64,000 bases of DNA from Deltaproteobacteria bacterium (lineage in GTDB: Bacteria; Myxococcota_A; Polyangia; Fen-1088): positions 288,001-352,000 of the forward strand of contig JANRKS010000019.1 in the NCBI GenBank assembly GCA_033763315.1, given 5' to 3'. How positions within the stretch are numbered: the first letter of the stretch is position 1; each line of letters starts with the position of its first letter. The notes beneath the pieces were generated by a model, which made no database searches, was not told the origin of the DNA, and was given only the letters and a program-made list of their open reading frames with translations. The position numbers were made by a program, and so were the translations under genes. Positions 9,537-19,073 of the stretch are shown here, one piece after another.

Positions 9537-10844
9537 CTACCAAATGAAGACCACTGAAATGGCACGTACGTCGTTCGCCACGTTGGGGGCGCCACGGCGC
9601 TCCTGATTGAACAGCCACTCGCCTTTGACCACCACAGATTCTGCGAGATCGAAACGAACGCCCGTTGTCAGCCGCGCCACGTCCAGCTGCGGAAAACCTT
9701 CGAAGCGCGCGCGGCGGTAACCAAGCCGCACGTAAGGCGTTGCCCTTTCCAGCCAGCGCCAAGGCAGCGCAATTGACCACGCCGCTTGCGCCCAAAAGCC
9801 GCGCGCCTCGAACTCTGAAGCCCAAAAGCGCGGCCCGAGCGGCGTCAGCTTTTCGGCGGCATCACCGTCGTCTTCTTGAACGTCAACGTATTCGCCAGAC
9901 AGCGAAAGCCCGGCAACGTATAGACGCGCGTCGGCGCCCCACAAGCGCATGCCTTTAGCGCTTTGGCGTTGATCGTTGCGCGGGCCTTGCAAAGCGCTCA
10001 CGCCCAGCTTGAGCTGAAACCGCGGCAGGTTTAGCTCATAGCCCGCGCGGCCCGACAACACCGGCCGACCGGTGAGGCTGGCCGACTGTGTTTGCAGCGC
10101 TTCGATGAACGTCGGGCCATTGGTGGCGGCGACATTGATGGAAAGGGCGGACCACAACCGCGGCAGCTGCGTGCGGTAAAAGGCCTTGGCGCCCAACTGC
10201 GTGCCGGTGGTGTAGCGGGCCATCAACGATGGCGTGATGCCCGTGCGCAAGGTCGCTTGGTTGTCCAAGTACTCGATGCCAAACACCGCGTCGGCTTTGC
10301 CAATGGTCAACGCGAATTCGTGCGAGGCAAAGGGAATGACGCGGGCGAAGGCCTGTTCGATCAGCACCTGCGTTTGTTCGCCTGTGGCCAAAAAGCGCGG
10401 CATCGCCTGCGCGCGCACAAACACCAGGTAACTGCCATTGGCGTTCGAAGCGCGCAGATCCGCGCTGATCGTATTGAGCAAGAAAGAAGGCCGGCCCCCG
10501 ATCCCTACGCTTCGGGGAACGAAGCCATTGTTGGCGGCGTTGGCGTTGGTCGAAGCGACGTCGCCGCGGCTGTTAACAGCGGGGGCGAAGGCATCCACGC
10601 CATAATCGTTTGGCACGCGCGTGTCGCCCGGGACCCAGCTGGTTCCGTTGCCTTGGGCGTCGGCGAAACCCACGTCAACGTAACCGGCCGTGACAACCGT
10701 GGGGCCGGCGGGCGTGGGTGAATACCCTTGCACGGGTTCGTCATCGTTGGCGTCACCGGTTTGGGTGGCAACGGCTTGCGCCCACAGCGCACGCGAAGGG
10801 CAAGCGCACAGCAACGCAATTGCAACCGCCGCACGCCGTCTCAT
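9537..10844 (-). CDS. Outer-membrane beta-barrel (porin-like) protein
   Basis: Signal peptide, IEQAF, LTIGK...FGIEY, amphipathic strands, C-terminal aromatic (VVFIW); ATG 10844 overlaps upstream stop (ATGA). Confidence 0.75.
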   Translation of the reverse strand: MRRRAAVAIALLCACPSRALWAQAVATQTGDANDDEPVQGYSPTPAGPTVVTAGYVDVGFADAQGNGTSWVPGDTRVPNDYGVDAFAPAVNSRGDVASTNANAANNGFVPRSVGIGGRPSFLLNTISADLRASNANGSYLVFVRAQAMPRFLATGEQTQVLIEQAFARVIPFASHEFALTIGKADAVFGIEYLDNQATLRTGITPSLMARYTTGTQLGAKAFYRTQLPRLWSALSINVAATNGPTFIEALQTQSASLTGRPVLSGRAGYELNLPRFQLKLGVSALQGPRNDQRQSAKGMRLWGADARLYVAGLSLSGEYVDVQEDDGDAAEKLTPLGPRFWASEFEARGFWAQAAWSIALPWRWLERATPYVRLGYRRARFEGFPQLDVARLTTGVRFDLAESVVVKGEWLFNQERRGAPNVANDVRAISVVFIW

Positions 10845-12091
10845 AGGGGCGCTCCCGGAGCCGGCGCAAGCAACGGAACGGGCTGCCCTTGGTAGGTGAC
10901 GAATGGACACGTCGCCGTGATCTCTGAACGCACCACTTTCGCGGGCGGGAGCCGTTCTTGAATGTGCGCCTCGCTATCCAGGAAGCGGCAAACTGTGGCC
11001 GGGATGGGTTGGGCTGGAGCTGCATTAAAGGCCAGGTTGATGGCCGCGGCGCAAGCCGCCGCATCGAGCACGGGGCGGAAGAACAAATGGGGCGCCTGCA
11101 CCCCCGGGCTGGCTTCGGCTGCGGTGAGCCCACTTTCCATGATTGTCGCTATTCGCGCCGTTTGTGCGGCGGTGCTTGGCTGGGGAACCACCACGCCAGC
11201 GGTGGAGGGAAGATCCACAAAATGCAGGCGCCAGTAAGAACCAAACGAGGGGCGGTTGTTGGGCGCCGAGCCGCTTTGCGCTGCTGGACCGCGACCGCCG
11301 ACGCTTGGCAGACCACCCAGCTTCGGGCCGCTCAACGCTGTGGCCTGATGTCGAAACACGTACAGAGGATCTTCATTAACGACGCCGTTTGCGGCGAAGG
11401 TGAAACGGTCGTCGCCAAACGACACGACGCTGACGGGTTGCGAGATTCCGTCGACCCATCCTGCGCCGACACCCACGCCCCCGACGATGTTTGTTCCGAG
11501 CAGCGGGTGAAGTGGGGGAACCGGGGTGGGCAATCGAAGCTGGCCAGTGAGATCGGTGCCTGATGGTGCCAACGAGCATAAACGACCCGGGCCGGCCACC
11601 AGAGGGTAACCCGAGTCTAAAACGGCGCGCGTGGTGCGAAAGTCGGGTGTTGGCGCGCCGGGGGGCACAACCACGAAGAAGACGCGCCAATAAGGGCTGT
11701 AAAACGCGCTGTCGGCGCCCACCGAGAACACGGGGAGCGCCCCGGAAATGGGCTGGATGACGCCCTTCATCTCCTGCGCCATCACGTACATGGGCTGCAC
11801 CCAAACATCAGAGAACCCTTGCCAATATTCAGTGGTGACGTAGGCCGCCGGTTCGCCATCATCAAACGCCGGAATCACATCCAACGAAAGGTTGTTTTCC
11901 ATGGACAAGCGATATCGACCCTTCATGGGCAGCCCCAGGGGTTCAACCACAGCGGACCCGGCCACAAGTTGATCTTTGATGTTGAACAAGGTCACCCACG
12001 CGGCTGTGGGGCGATCGTTTGTGCTTGTGCAGCCCACCATCGCCACGAGCGTGGCGGCCCAGAGAGGAAGTGACATCGCGCGAAGGTTCAC
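10841..12091 (-). CDS. Lipoprotein with an internally duplicated domain, function unknown
   Basis: Lipobox MVGC; repeats PMYVM..PVFSV..FYSPYWRVFFVVVP and PLYVF..PSVGG..SFGSYWRLHFVDLP; AGGAG RBS upstream. Confidence 0.7.
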   Translation of the reverse strand: MNLRAMSLPLWAATLVAMVGCTSTNDRPTAAWVTLFNIKDQLVAGSAVVEPLGLPMKGRYRLSMENNLSLDVIPAFDDGEPAAYVTTEYWQGFSDVWVQPMYVMAQEMKGVIQPISGALPVFSVGADSAFYSPYWRVFFVVVPPGAPTPDFRTTRAVLDSGYPLVAGPGRLCSLAPSGTDLTGQLRLPTPVPPLHPLLGTNIVGGVGVGAGWVDGISQPVSVVSFGDDRFTFAANGVVNEDPLYVFRHQATALSGPKLGGLPSVGGRGPAAQSGSAPNNRPSFGSYWRLHFVDLPSTAGVVVPQPSTAAQTARIATIMESGLTAAEASPGVQAPHLFFRPVLDAAACAAAINLAFNAAPAQPIPATVCRFLDSEAHIQERLPPAKVVRSEITATCPFVTYQGQPVPLLAPAPGAPL

Positions 12092-12112
12092 GAGCGTTCT
12101 CCTGGCTGGCGT

Positions 12113-14224
12113 TTACGACAGGTCGGTCTTGCGCGCGTCCCCGCGGGTCGGCGCTTGGTTGTGTGAAGCGGTTGGGCGTTGGCTGGTGTCGCTGGGAAGC
12201 GCGGCCGAAAACCGGCTTTCTTCTTCGTCGAACTCGCTGCGGAATAAACTTTGGATGAGCTGCGCGAGATTGACGGCGTGATTGCGCACGTGGGGCTCCA
12301 CATCCGCCAAAAACGCCAGCGCGTTTGGATATCGCTGATCCGGCTGCACCATGAGGGCACGGCCCACGATGTGGTTCAGCGGTTCGGGCAGTGATGCGAT
12401 TTGGGCAAGCATCGATTCGTCGGGGCCGGTGGCGGCCCGCACGAGCAGTTCGTAGGGGGTGCCACCATGATAAAGGGGCTGCCCTGCGGCGGCGTAATAC
12501 ATCACAAGGCCCAGCGAGAACAGGTCAGCGCGCGCATCGAGTGCCGTGCCGCGCGCTTGCTCGGGGCTCATGAAGCTGACATTGCCTTTGACCACGCCTT
12601 GCTCGGTTTGCGTCACCCGGCCTTCAGCTTTCACGATGCCGAAATCGAACAACTTCACCTCGCCGCCGGCCGAAATCAAAATGTTGCTTGGCGAAACATC
12701 GCGGTGAACCACGCCCAAAGGCCGGCCATCGTCGCCTCGGCGGTTGTGTGCGTAGTCGAGCGCCTTAAGCGTTTCTGCCATCACGTGCAAAATCACAGGC
12801 ACGGACAAGGCGCGGCCTTGTGTTGCGATCGATTTGCTCACCGTGCGGCCCAGATCTCGACCGAGGATGTATTCGGTGGCTAAGTAATACTCGTCACCGA
12901 CGCGGCCGAAATCAAACACGGGAATGATGTTGGAGTGCACCATCAACGAGCCCAGTTTTGCTTCGTCGATGAATTGCGCCACCACGCTGCTTTCGTTGGC
13001 CAGCTCGGGGCGCAACCGTTTGACCACGAACCGCCGGCGAAAGCCTTCGGCGCCAACCGTGATCGCCGTAAAAACTTGGGCCATGCCGCCTTCGCCCAAC
13101 ATGGACACGATGGTGTAGCGCCCAAACACACGTGAATTGCGTGCGGGAGGATCGAATGTGGCTGTGGCCGCGTACGGTGAGGGTGCGTCTTGTTCAAGCG
13201 CCACCGCGCTGCCTGAGGTGGGGGACATGCGGTTGCGTCCCATGCCTGGCGCCGTTGCGCTCATTGCCGGGGCTGGCGCTGTGGTTAAAGGCGGCGGTGT
13301 GCCCTCACTGGTCTGGGTGGCCACAGGCGCTTGCCCGCCGAGCGGCGCGCCTTGGCGGAACGCGAAGAAGATCGACAAAAACGCGAGCAAACCTGCACCA
13401 GCAAATAGGGCGCTCTTGTTGATGGTGGCCGCCTGCGCCGCCTCCGTCGCGCTGGCATGTGTGTTGGCGTAGACCCACATCCATAAGCCCGGCCCCAAGC
13501 TTCGCTTCGCGGCGGCCCATTCTCCGTGCGGGCTGGTCACAGGCGCCGCCAGCGTTTCCTGCCCCACAAGCCCGGCCATTTGCACCTGAGCCTGATCTGG
13601 CCCTGCGAGCGTCAGTGCCTTGGTGCCGTTCGACACCATCACAGCGCCACCCGCGCGGCGTGAAATCTGCTCAAGCGCGTCGTTGTTCAACGGCGCCGCC
13701 AAAATCAGCACGGCAGGCAAGCGCCGCGAGGGCAGGGAGATGCGCTCGCCCGCGGCCACCCATGCCTCGCCAGCGAAGACGAGGGTATCGGAGGCCAAGC
13801 CGCGGCTGCGCACCTTTTGAATCAAGGCGGACGCGTCCACCGTTTCGGCGCCCAAGACCAATTCGGGGCTGCGCTCGCTGAGCGACAGAACAACAACGCC
13901 AAAATCGCGGCGGAATGGCTCCCACCACACCTCGCGGTCAAACGCGTCTTTGAGTGTGGCGGTGATGCTGGAGGGGTCGTCGGCCTCGCGCAGGATCGAC
14001 AAGATCTTCATGAGCTCGGGCCGGCTGCTGGCGGCGGCCACGCGTGGCTCAAGGGTGTGGAGCTGCGTGGCCAGCGCGTCTTCGAGTTTGGCCAAAGCTT
14101 GATCGGCCGCGCGCGATGCGTCCGTCTGAGCCCGGGCGTCCCGCCGTAGATCGATGCTGGGCACCGAGGCCGCCGCGGCTCCCAGCGCTGCCAGCGCAAC
14201 GAGCACGCCCAAGAATCGCTTCAC
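12113..14224 (-). CDS. Membrane Ser/Thr protein kinase with N-terminal extracytoplasmic domain and C-terminal kinase domain
   Basis: N-terminal hydrophobic segment, ~250 aa soluble domain, TM ALFAGAGLLAFLSIFFAF, then LGEGGMAQV, VVKRL, HRDVSPSN, DFG, YM/FMSPEQ, DLFSLG. Confidence 0.93.
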   Translation of the reverse strand: MKRFLGVLVALAALGAAAASVPSIDLRRDARAQTDASRAADQALAKLEDALATQLHTLEPRVAAASSRPELMKILSILREADDPSSITATLKDAFDREVWWEPFRRDFGVVVLSLSERSPELVLGAETVDASALIQKVRSRGLASDTLVFAGEAWVAAGERISLPSRRLPAVLILAAPLNNDALEQISRRAGGAVMVSNGTKALTLAGPDQAQVQMAGLVGQETLAAPVTSPHGEWAAAKRSLGPGLWMWVYANTHASATEAAQAATINKSALFAGAGLLAFLSIFFAFRQGAPLGGQAPVATQTSEGTPPPLTTAPAPAMSATAPGMGRNRMSPTSGSAVALEQDAPSPYAATATFDPPARNSRVFGRYTIVSMLGEGGMAQVFTAITVGAEGFRRRFVVKRLRPELANESSVVAQFIDEAKLGSLMVHSNIIPVFDFGRVGDEYYLATEYILGRDLGRTVSKSIATQGRALSVPVILHVMAETLKALDYAHNRRGDDGRPLGVVHRDVSPSNILISAGGEVKLFDFGIVKAEGRVTQTEQGVVKGNVSFMSPEQARGTALDARADLFSLGLVMYYAAAGQPLYHGGTPYELLVRAATGPDESMLAQIASLPEPLNHIVGRALMVQPDQRYPNALAFLADVEPHVRNHAVNLAQLIQSLFRSEFDEEESRFSAALPSDTSQRPTASHNQAPTRGDARKTDLS

Positions 14225-14306
14225 AGCCGCGGATCTTCCTCTTTGTGCGGCCCCGCGTCAACCACGCTGTTGGCACGGGGCCCCGGTGCCTCTGGCGCGA
14301 TGTAGG

Positions 14307-15416
14307 TTAAGGCGCGCCGAACGTGGTTTCGCCCTCGCTGACGAGGTTCTGCGCGTCGGGCGACAACGTCATCCAGCCTGCGGTGAACTCGCTGCGCGCG
14401 AAGGTTTGCACCGGTGAGGGGGCGGCGCCCGCTGTGCCTGCTTCGCCGCCAGAGCGACCGAGATCGAGCCATCCCACCAGTTTGTTGCGATACAGGTACT
14501 CAATGCGCACCACAACTTTGGGCTCACCAGCCGCGGGCTTTTCGCCTTTGCCCAATACCTCTGCCGGGAACAGCGCGAACACGCGCTCATGCCAGTTGCC
14601 GGCGGTTTGGTCGGGCTTATCGGGAGCGGATGCGGGAAGCAGTTCACCACCCGGACGGCCGTCGAAGCGGCGGAATTGAAACTCCTTCTTCTTGCCGCTG
14701 GCTGTGATCACCACTTTATCGACGTCGGCCATGATGAAGCCGTGCAACTTGCGCTGGGTCATGTTGGTTCGCGCGGCCTGAAAGTCAGATAGGATCTGAC
14801 GAGCCACGATGTAAACCATGCCGTCTTCGTCGTCGCGCACGTAGGGATCCGTGCCGCCTGGAGGCGCCGGGGCCAAGGTGAAGGTTTTTGTTACGCCCTT
14901 GAAGGTGACCTTCAAGCGCTTTTTGGGCTGATCAAGACCCAGGTCTTTGACCTTTTCAGCGTCAAGCTTGCCAAGGGCGCGTGAAGCGGAAAACGGCGAA
15001 AACAGATCCCACATTTTTTCGGCGCTCTCGTTGCCGCGCACCAGCCGTTCGGGCACCGCTGTTTGCACCATCGGGTGGCCCGACGGTAAGGCGACGTTCG
15101 AGCCTTCTTTGCCCGCGAGCCGCATCCACACAGCGCGACCCGCGTCTTCCTTCGTGCTTGTGAGCTCAACCCAATCGCGCACCTTCGGTTCGGCCGGCGC
15201 CGGCGCGTCCTTAGGTTTGGCGTTTTTGTCGTCCGCCTCGGGCTTGGCCACAGGCTCAAGCTCTTCGTAGCGAATGCTTTGCAATTCGCCTTTGGTGATG
15301 TCGAGAATGTAGGCTTGGCCATTGTCGAGCGAGGGCTCGCGTTGCCATGTGAAATAGGCGGCGATCAATCCCGCCAGGGCCAGCAATCCCTGAGTGGTGG
15401 CGGCTCGGCGGTTCAT
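14307..15416 (-). CDS. DUF4340-like membrane-anchored protein of Gld-type ABC operon
   Basis: Single N-terminal TM, KDLGLDQPK motif, last gene of GldA/F/G-like operon (ATGA overlap). Confidence 0.65.
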   Translation of the reverse strand: MNRRAATTQGLLALAGLIAAYFTWQREPSLDNGQAYILDITKGELQSIRYEELEPVAKPEADDKNAKPKDAPAPAEPKVRDWVELTSTKEDAGRAVWMRLAGKEGSNVALPSGHPMVQTAVPERLVRGNESAEKMWDLFSPFSASRALGKLDAEKVKDLGLDQPKKRLKVTFKGVTKTFTLAPAPPGGTDPYVRDDEDGMVYIVARQILSDFQAARTNMTQRKLHGFIMADVDKVVITASGKKKEFQFRRFDGRPGGELLPASAPDKPDQTAGNWHERVFALFPAEVLGKGEKPAAGEPKVVVRIEYLYRNKLVGWLDLGRSGGEAGTAGAAPSPVQTFARSEFTAGWMTLSPDAQNLVSEGETTFGAP

Positions 15417-17338
15417 TGTGAATCCTCCTGCTTGGCAACGGCATTCGTCGCCGGGGGCGCTTGCGGGGGCTCGGCTTTCGTCACGGCCTTGCGTGCCTTG
15501 CGGCTGCGGCGTGTGAACAGCAACCCGAAACCCACAACCAGCGCCGGTGCCAGAACAACGCTGCCATAAAACCAGCCCAAGTCTTGTTTGCGGGTATGCA
15601 CGATGGGCACGTCTTCTTCGTTGTTGATGCGTCCAGAAATGCTCTCTTCGCCGCCCAGCCAGCGCACGGCATCGACGAACATCGCAGCGTTGCCTTGGTT
15701 GCGCACAGCCAGATCGGTCAGCGCATCCGAATCGGCCAGCACAACCGCGCGGCCTTCTTCTTCAGGCAATACGGCGCTGGCCGTGCGTTTGGTTACCACC
15801 GCTGCCAACTCATAAGCGCGACGAACTTCCGTGCCGCTGTCGAACTCGAAATTCCCGTTCACGTCATTCCACGTCTTGGCGTCGGCGTGAATCGTGAAGC
15901 GACGGTTGACGAGGCCACCGGGATCGGTGCCGTTGTCCAGCGAGCCGGTTGTGGGAAACACCACGGGCAAGCGGCGCCCGTACTTTGACAGGGTGGTGAC
16001 CGCCACGTGCGACGAGTAATTCGCGGAAATGAGGTTCACCCGATCTGATGTGGCGAATGTGCGGGTGGCGTAGATCTGGTCATGCGCCAAATTTGTGGTG
16101 CTGAATGTTAAGCCCAAGTGGTTCAGCAGGTTGTCGAACTTTTGGCCGGACTCCGGATCCAACGCCAACAACACACGTCCCTTCCGATCGATGTAGCGTT
16201 CGATCGACGTGGCTTCTTCAGGGCTAAAAGGCTCCTTCGGGCCGATCACCATGACGATCGTGGCATCATCGGGCACAGCAGACCCCAGCCCATCGGCCAA
16301 GCCCAAATCGCGCACTTCGTAACCTTGGTCCAACAGCAAGCCACGAATGAGGCCAATCGTGTCGCGCTTGTCTGTGTCGCCCATGCTGCTGGGCGAGCGT
16401 TCGCCGTGGCCTTGGGTGAGGTAGGCCACGCGCGCGGCGCGGGTAACCCCCAGAAGGCGTTTGTTCACTTCTTCATCCAAGCGCTTGAGTTGATCGCGTG
16501 CGCGTTCCATCTCAAGCGGAATGGCGATCTGTTCGCGCAGCTTGTCGCGGCCCACCACGATGATGCCGTTGCCGCTGACGCCAAGCTCTTTGGCTTTGGC
16601 TGGATTGATGGCCTGATCGTAAGTTTCAACCACCAGAAGCTTGGACTTTTGCTTCAAGTCGTCGAAGTAACTTTCGACCTCCTCGTGCACTTCGTTGGCC
16701 GGCGGAAAGAACAGGTAAACCTGAACAGGCTTGTCGAGGGCGGCCACGATCTTGAGCGTGCTTTCGCCACCTTTGGCCACGCGGAAGTAGGAAAGATCCT
16801 TTTTCACGTCGCGCTCGGACGCCACGAAAGCGAACGAGAACACGAACACCAGGGCGAATCCGATGCCCAACCCGGACGTCATCGCGGCGCGCACGCGCGG
16901 CAGGTCACGCACCGGGGCGCGGGCCATGCTGGCCAACGACAATTCAACAAAGACCACCGGTAAAGTGCCCAACACCAAACACGCAGGCCATAGCGTTTCC
17001 AATACGGCAGCCACGCGGGGCCACGTTTTCTGCAACGTGTGGCCCGTGAGATGGAAATAGACGTCGGACGAGAAGAAATAGGCCAGCAACGCCACGGCGC
17101 CCAGCGCATAGAGCGTGAGCAACGCCTTTTCCGGTCCTCGATGGGCAGAGTCGCGTTTGCCGAGGCGGGCCGCTTGCCAACCCGCACCTGCGACCACGGC
17201 GAGAACGCCGGCCACCGTGGCGACGATGGACGCCGGGCCGCTGGTCAGCAGCCGCTCGCCCACGAACACCAAAATCAACCCTGCGCCGTAGGTCAGCGAG
17301 GGCAGTGCCGAATACGCTTGTTTGCTTGCTAACGCCAT
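15413..17338 (-). CDS. GldG-like ABC-transporter auxiliary protein
   Basis: Several N-terminal TMs, STLKIVAALDKPV, YLTQGHGE, IGPKEPFSPEE, VVLADSD, N..MFVDAVRWL, C-terminal TM. Confidence 0.8.
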   Translation of the reverse strand: MALASKQAYSALPSLTYGAGLILVFVGERLLTSGPASIVATVAGVLAVVAGAGWQAARLGKRDSAHRGPEKALLTLYALGAVALLAYFFSSDVYFHLTGHTLQKTWPRVAAVLETLWPACLVLGTLPVVFVELSLASMARAPVRDLPRVRAAMTSGLGIGFALVFVFSFAFVASERDVKKDLSYFRVAKGGESTLKIVAALDKPVQVYLFFPPANEVHEEVESYFDDLKQKSKLLVVETYDQAINPAKAKELGVSGNGIIVVGRDKLREQIAIPLEMERARDQLKRLDEEVNKRLLGVTRAARVAYLTQGHGERSPSSMGDTDKRDTIGLIRGLLLDQGYEVRDLGLADGLGSAVPDDATIVMVIGPKEPFSPEEATSIERYIDRKGRVLLALDPESGQKFDNLLNHLGLTFSTTNLAHDQIYATRTFATSDRVNLISANYSSHVAVTTLSKYGRRLPVVFPTTGSLDNGTDPGGLVNRRFTIHADAKTWNDVNGNFEFDSGTEVRRAYELAAVVTKRTASAVLPEEEGRAVVLADSDALTDLAVRNQGNAAMFVDAVRWLGGEESISGRINNEEDVPIVHTRKQDLGWFYGSVVLAPALVVGFGLLFTRRSRKARKAVTKAEPPQAPPATNAVAKQEDSQ

Positions 17339-18054
17339 CGTCGGGCCTCCAGCACGCGCGTGGCGGCGAACAACGAGAAATAGATCAAGCCCAGGTAATA
17401 CACGATGTCTCGCAGGTGAATCACGCCTCGGCCAAACGGCGTAAAGTGTTTATGAAACAAGGCGATCGACAGGAAGAACTCACTGAACGGCCGTTCGGTC
17501 ACGCGCGCCAACATCCAGGCCATCAACAGCACCGACACGAGCACCGCTGAGATGATGATGGCGAGCACTTGGTTCTTGCCAATCGCCGAGCCAAACGTGC
17601 CTATCGCCAAGGTTGAACCGCCCAACAACATGAGTCCCATGTAGCCGGCGGCCAGGTGGCCCCAGGAGATCTTGCCGTTGACCAAGATCATCAGCGGCAC
17701 GTAAAGCGTCGCCAAGATCATCAACCACAAAAACACCAGCGCGCCGATGTATTTGCCCAAGATGATCTCGCGATCGCGCACGGGTGAAGAAGCCAAAAGC
17801 GCGATGGTGCCCGTTTGCTTTTCTTCGGCCAACAGGCGCATCGAAAGCACCAAACTGCAGATCATGGTGGCGCCACTTGTGAAAAAGAAGAAGTTGTAGA
17901 GCACCTCGGCTGAACGGCGTTCCGATTCACCCATCGCCATGGCGTGGAACAAGATGCCCACCGACAACAAGAAAATGCTGGCGATCACGTAGCCGCTCAT
18001 CGATCGGAAATAGGCGCCAAGCTCACGCAGCGCGATCAGTTTTACGTTCTTCAT
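17329..18054 (-). CDS. ABC-2 type permease (GldF-like)
   Basis: RELGAYF, SMRLLAEEKQTGTI, IILGKY, GVIHLRDIVYYL. Confidence 0.88.
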   Translation of the reverse strand: MKNVKLIALRELGAYFRSMSGYVIASIFLLSVGILFHAMAMGESERRSAEVLYNFFFFTSGATMICSLVLSMRLLAEEKQTGTIALLASSPVRDREIILGKYIGALVFLWLMILATLYVPLMILVNGKISWGHLAAGYMGLMLLGGSTLAIGTFGSAIGKNQVLAIIISAVLVSVLLMAWMLARVTERPFSEFFLSIALFHKHFTPFGRGVIHLRDIVYYLGLIYFSLFAATRVLEARRWR

Positions 18055-19040
18055 CAGGGGCTCCCCGGGGGCGTTGGCGCCGACGCTTGTGCTTGCGTGG
18101 GCTTATCGGCTGGCGCTTCACCCGCCGCCAATTTCAGGAACACGGACTCTAGGCGCGACGCCGCACGTCCCATTTGAAGCAGGTCAACCCCCGCGCCCAC
18201 CAAGGCGCGGGCCAGCTGTGGCCGCAAGTCGGCGGTGGAACTGACCCGCAACGTGAATTCATCGCCGGACGTGTGAACGACCGTTACGCTGTTCACACCG
18301 GTGACGGCTTGCAGGCACAACGTGGCCGCACCCAGATCGCCCTTGAGCGTGAAGTCAGCTTCGCCTGCGCGTTCCATCAACGTCGCCAGTTCAGACTCGG
18401 TGCCGCGTGCCACGATTTGCCCGCCCTGGATCACCAGCAAGCGATCGCAGGTTTGGCTGATTTCTGCCAAGAAGTGGCTTGAGATCAGCAGGGTATGCTC
18501 ACCTCGCAGGCCGCGGATGAGGTTGCGCATCTCAACGATCTGAACGGGGTCAAGGCCGCTTGTGGGTTCGTCCAAGATCAACAGCGATGGCTTGTGCACC
18601 AAAGCTTGTGCCAAGCCCACGCGTTGCCGGTAGCCGTGAGACAGCGCGCTGATAAGCTCGTCGTCCACATCCACAAGCCCCGTTTTCTCCTCAGCTTCGG
18701 CGACGCGCTTTTGCGCATCAACCGCACTGACGCCGCGCAATTGAGCGGCGAACGATAGATAACGGCCCACCGTCATCTCGTTATAAAGGGGCGGCGTGTC
18801 GGGCAGAAAACCGATCCTGCCGCGCACTTCGTGGGCTTGGTCAACGGCGTTTAGGCCATCCACCATCACGGTGCCTGAGGTTGGTAACAGCACGCAGCTC
18901 AGGATCTTCAATGTGGTGCTTTTTCCGGCACCATTGAGCCCCAAAAACCCGACGACCTCACCCGATTCGATATCGAAATCGAGGTCGCGAATCGCTGCAT
19001 GCTCCCCGTAATACTTCGTCAATCCGCGAACTTGAATCAT
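18054..19040 (-). CDS. ABC transporter ATP-binding protein (GldA-like)
   Basis: Walker A GLNGAGKST, signature LSHGYRQR, Walker B LILDEPTSGLD. Confidence 0.93.
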   Translation of the reverse strand: MIQVRGLTKYYGEHAAIRDLDFDIESGEVVGFLGLNGAGKSTTLKILSCVLLPTSGTVMVDGLNAVDQAHEVRGRIGFLPDTPPLYNEMTVGRYLSFAAQLRGVSAVDAQKRVAEAEEKTGLVDVDDELISALSHGYRQRVGLAQALVHKPSLLILDEPTSGLDPVQIVEMRNLIRGLRGEHTLLISSHFLAEISQTCDRLLVIQGGQIVARGTESELATLMERAGEADFTLKGDLGAATLCLQAVTGVNSVTVVHTSGDEFTLRVSSTADLRPQLARALVGAGVDLLQMGRAASRLESVFLKLAAGEAPADKPTQAQASAPTPPGSP

Positions 19041-19073
19041 GGGAAAGCCGTTTACATATAACCCAAAACCACT

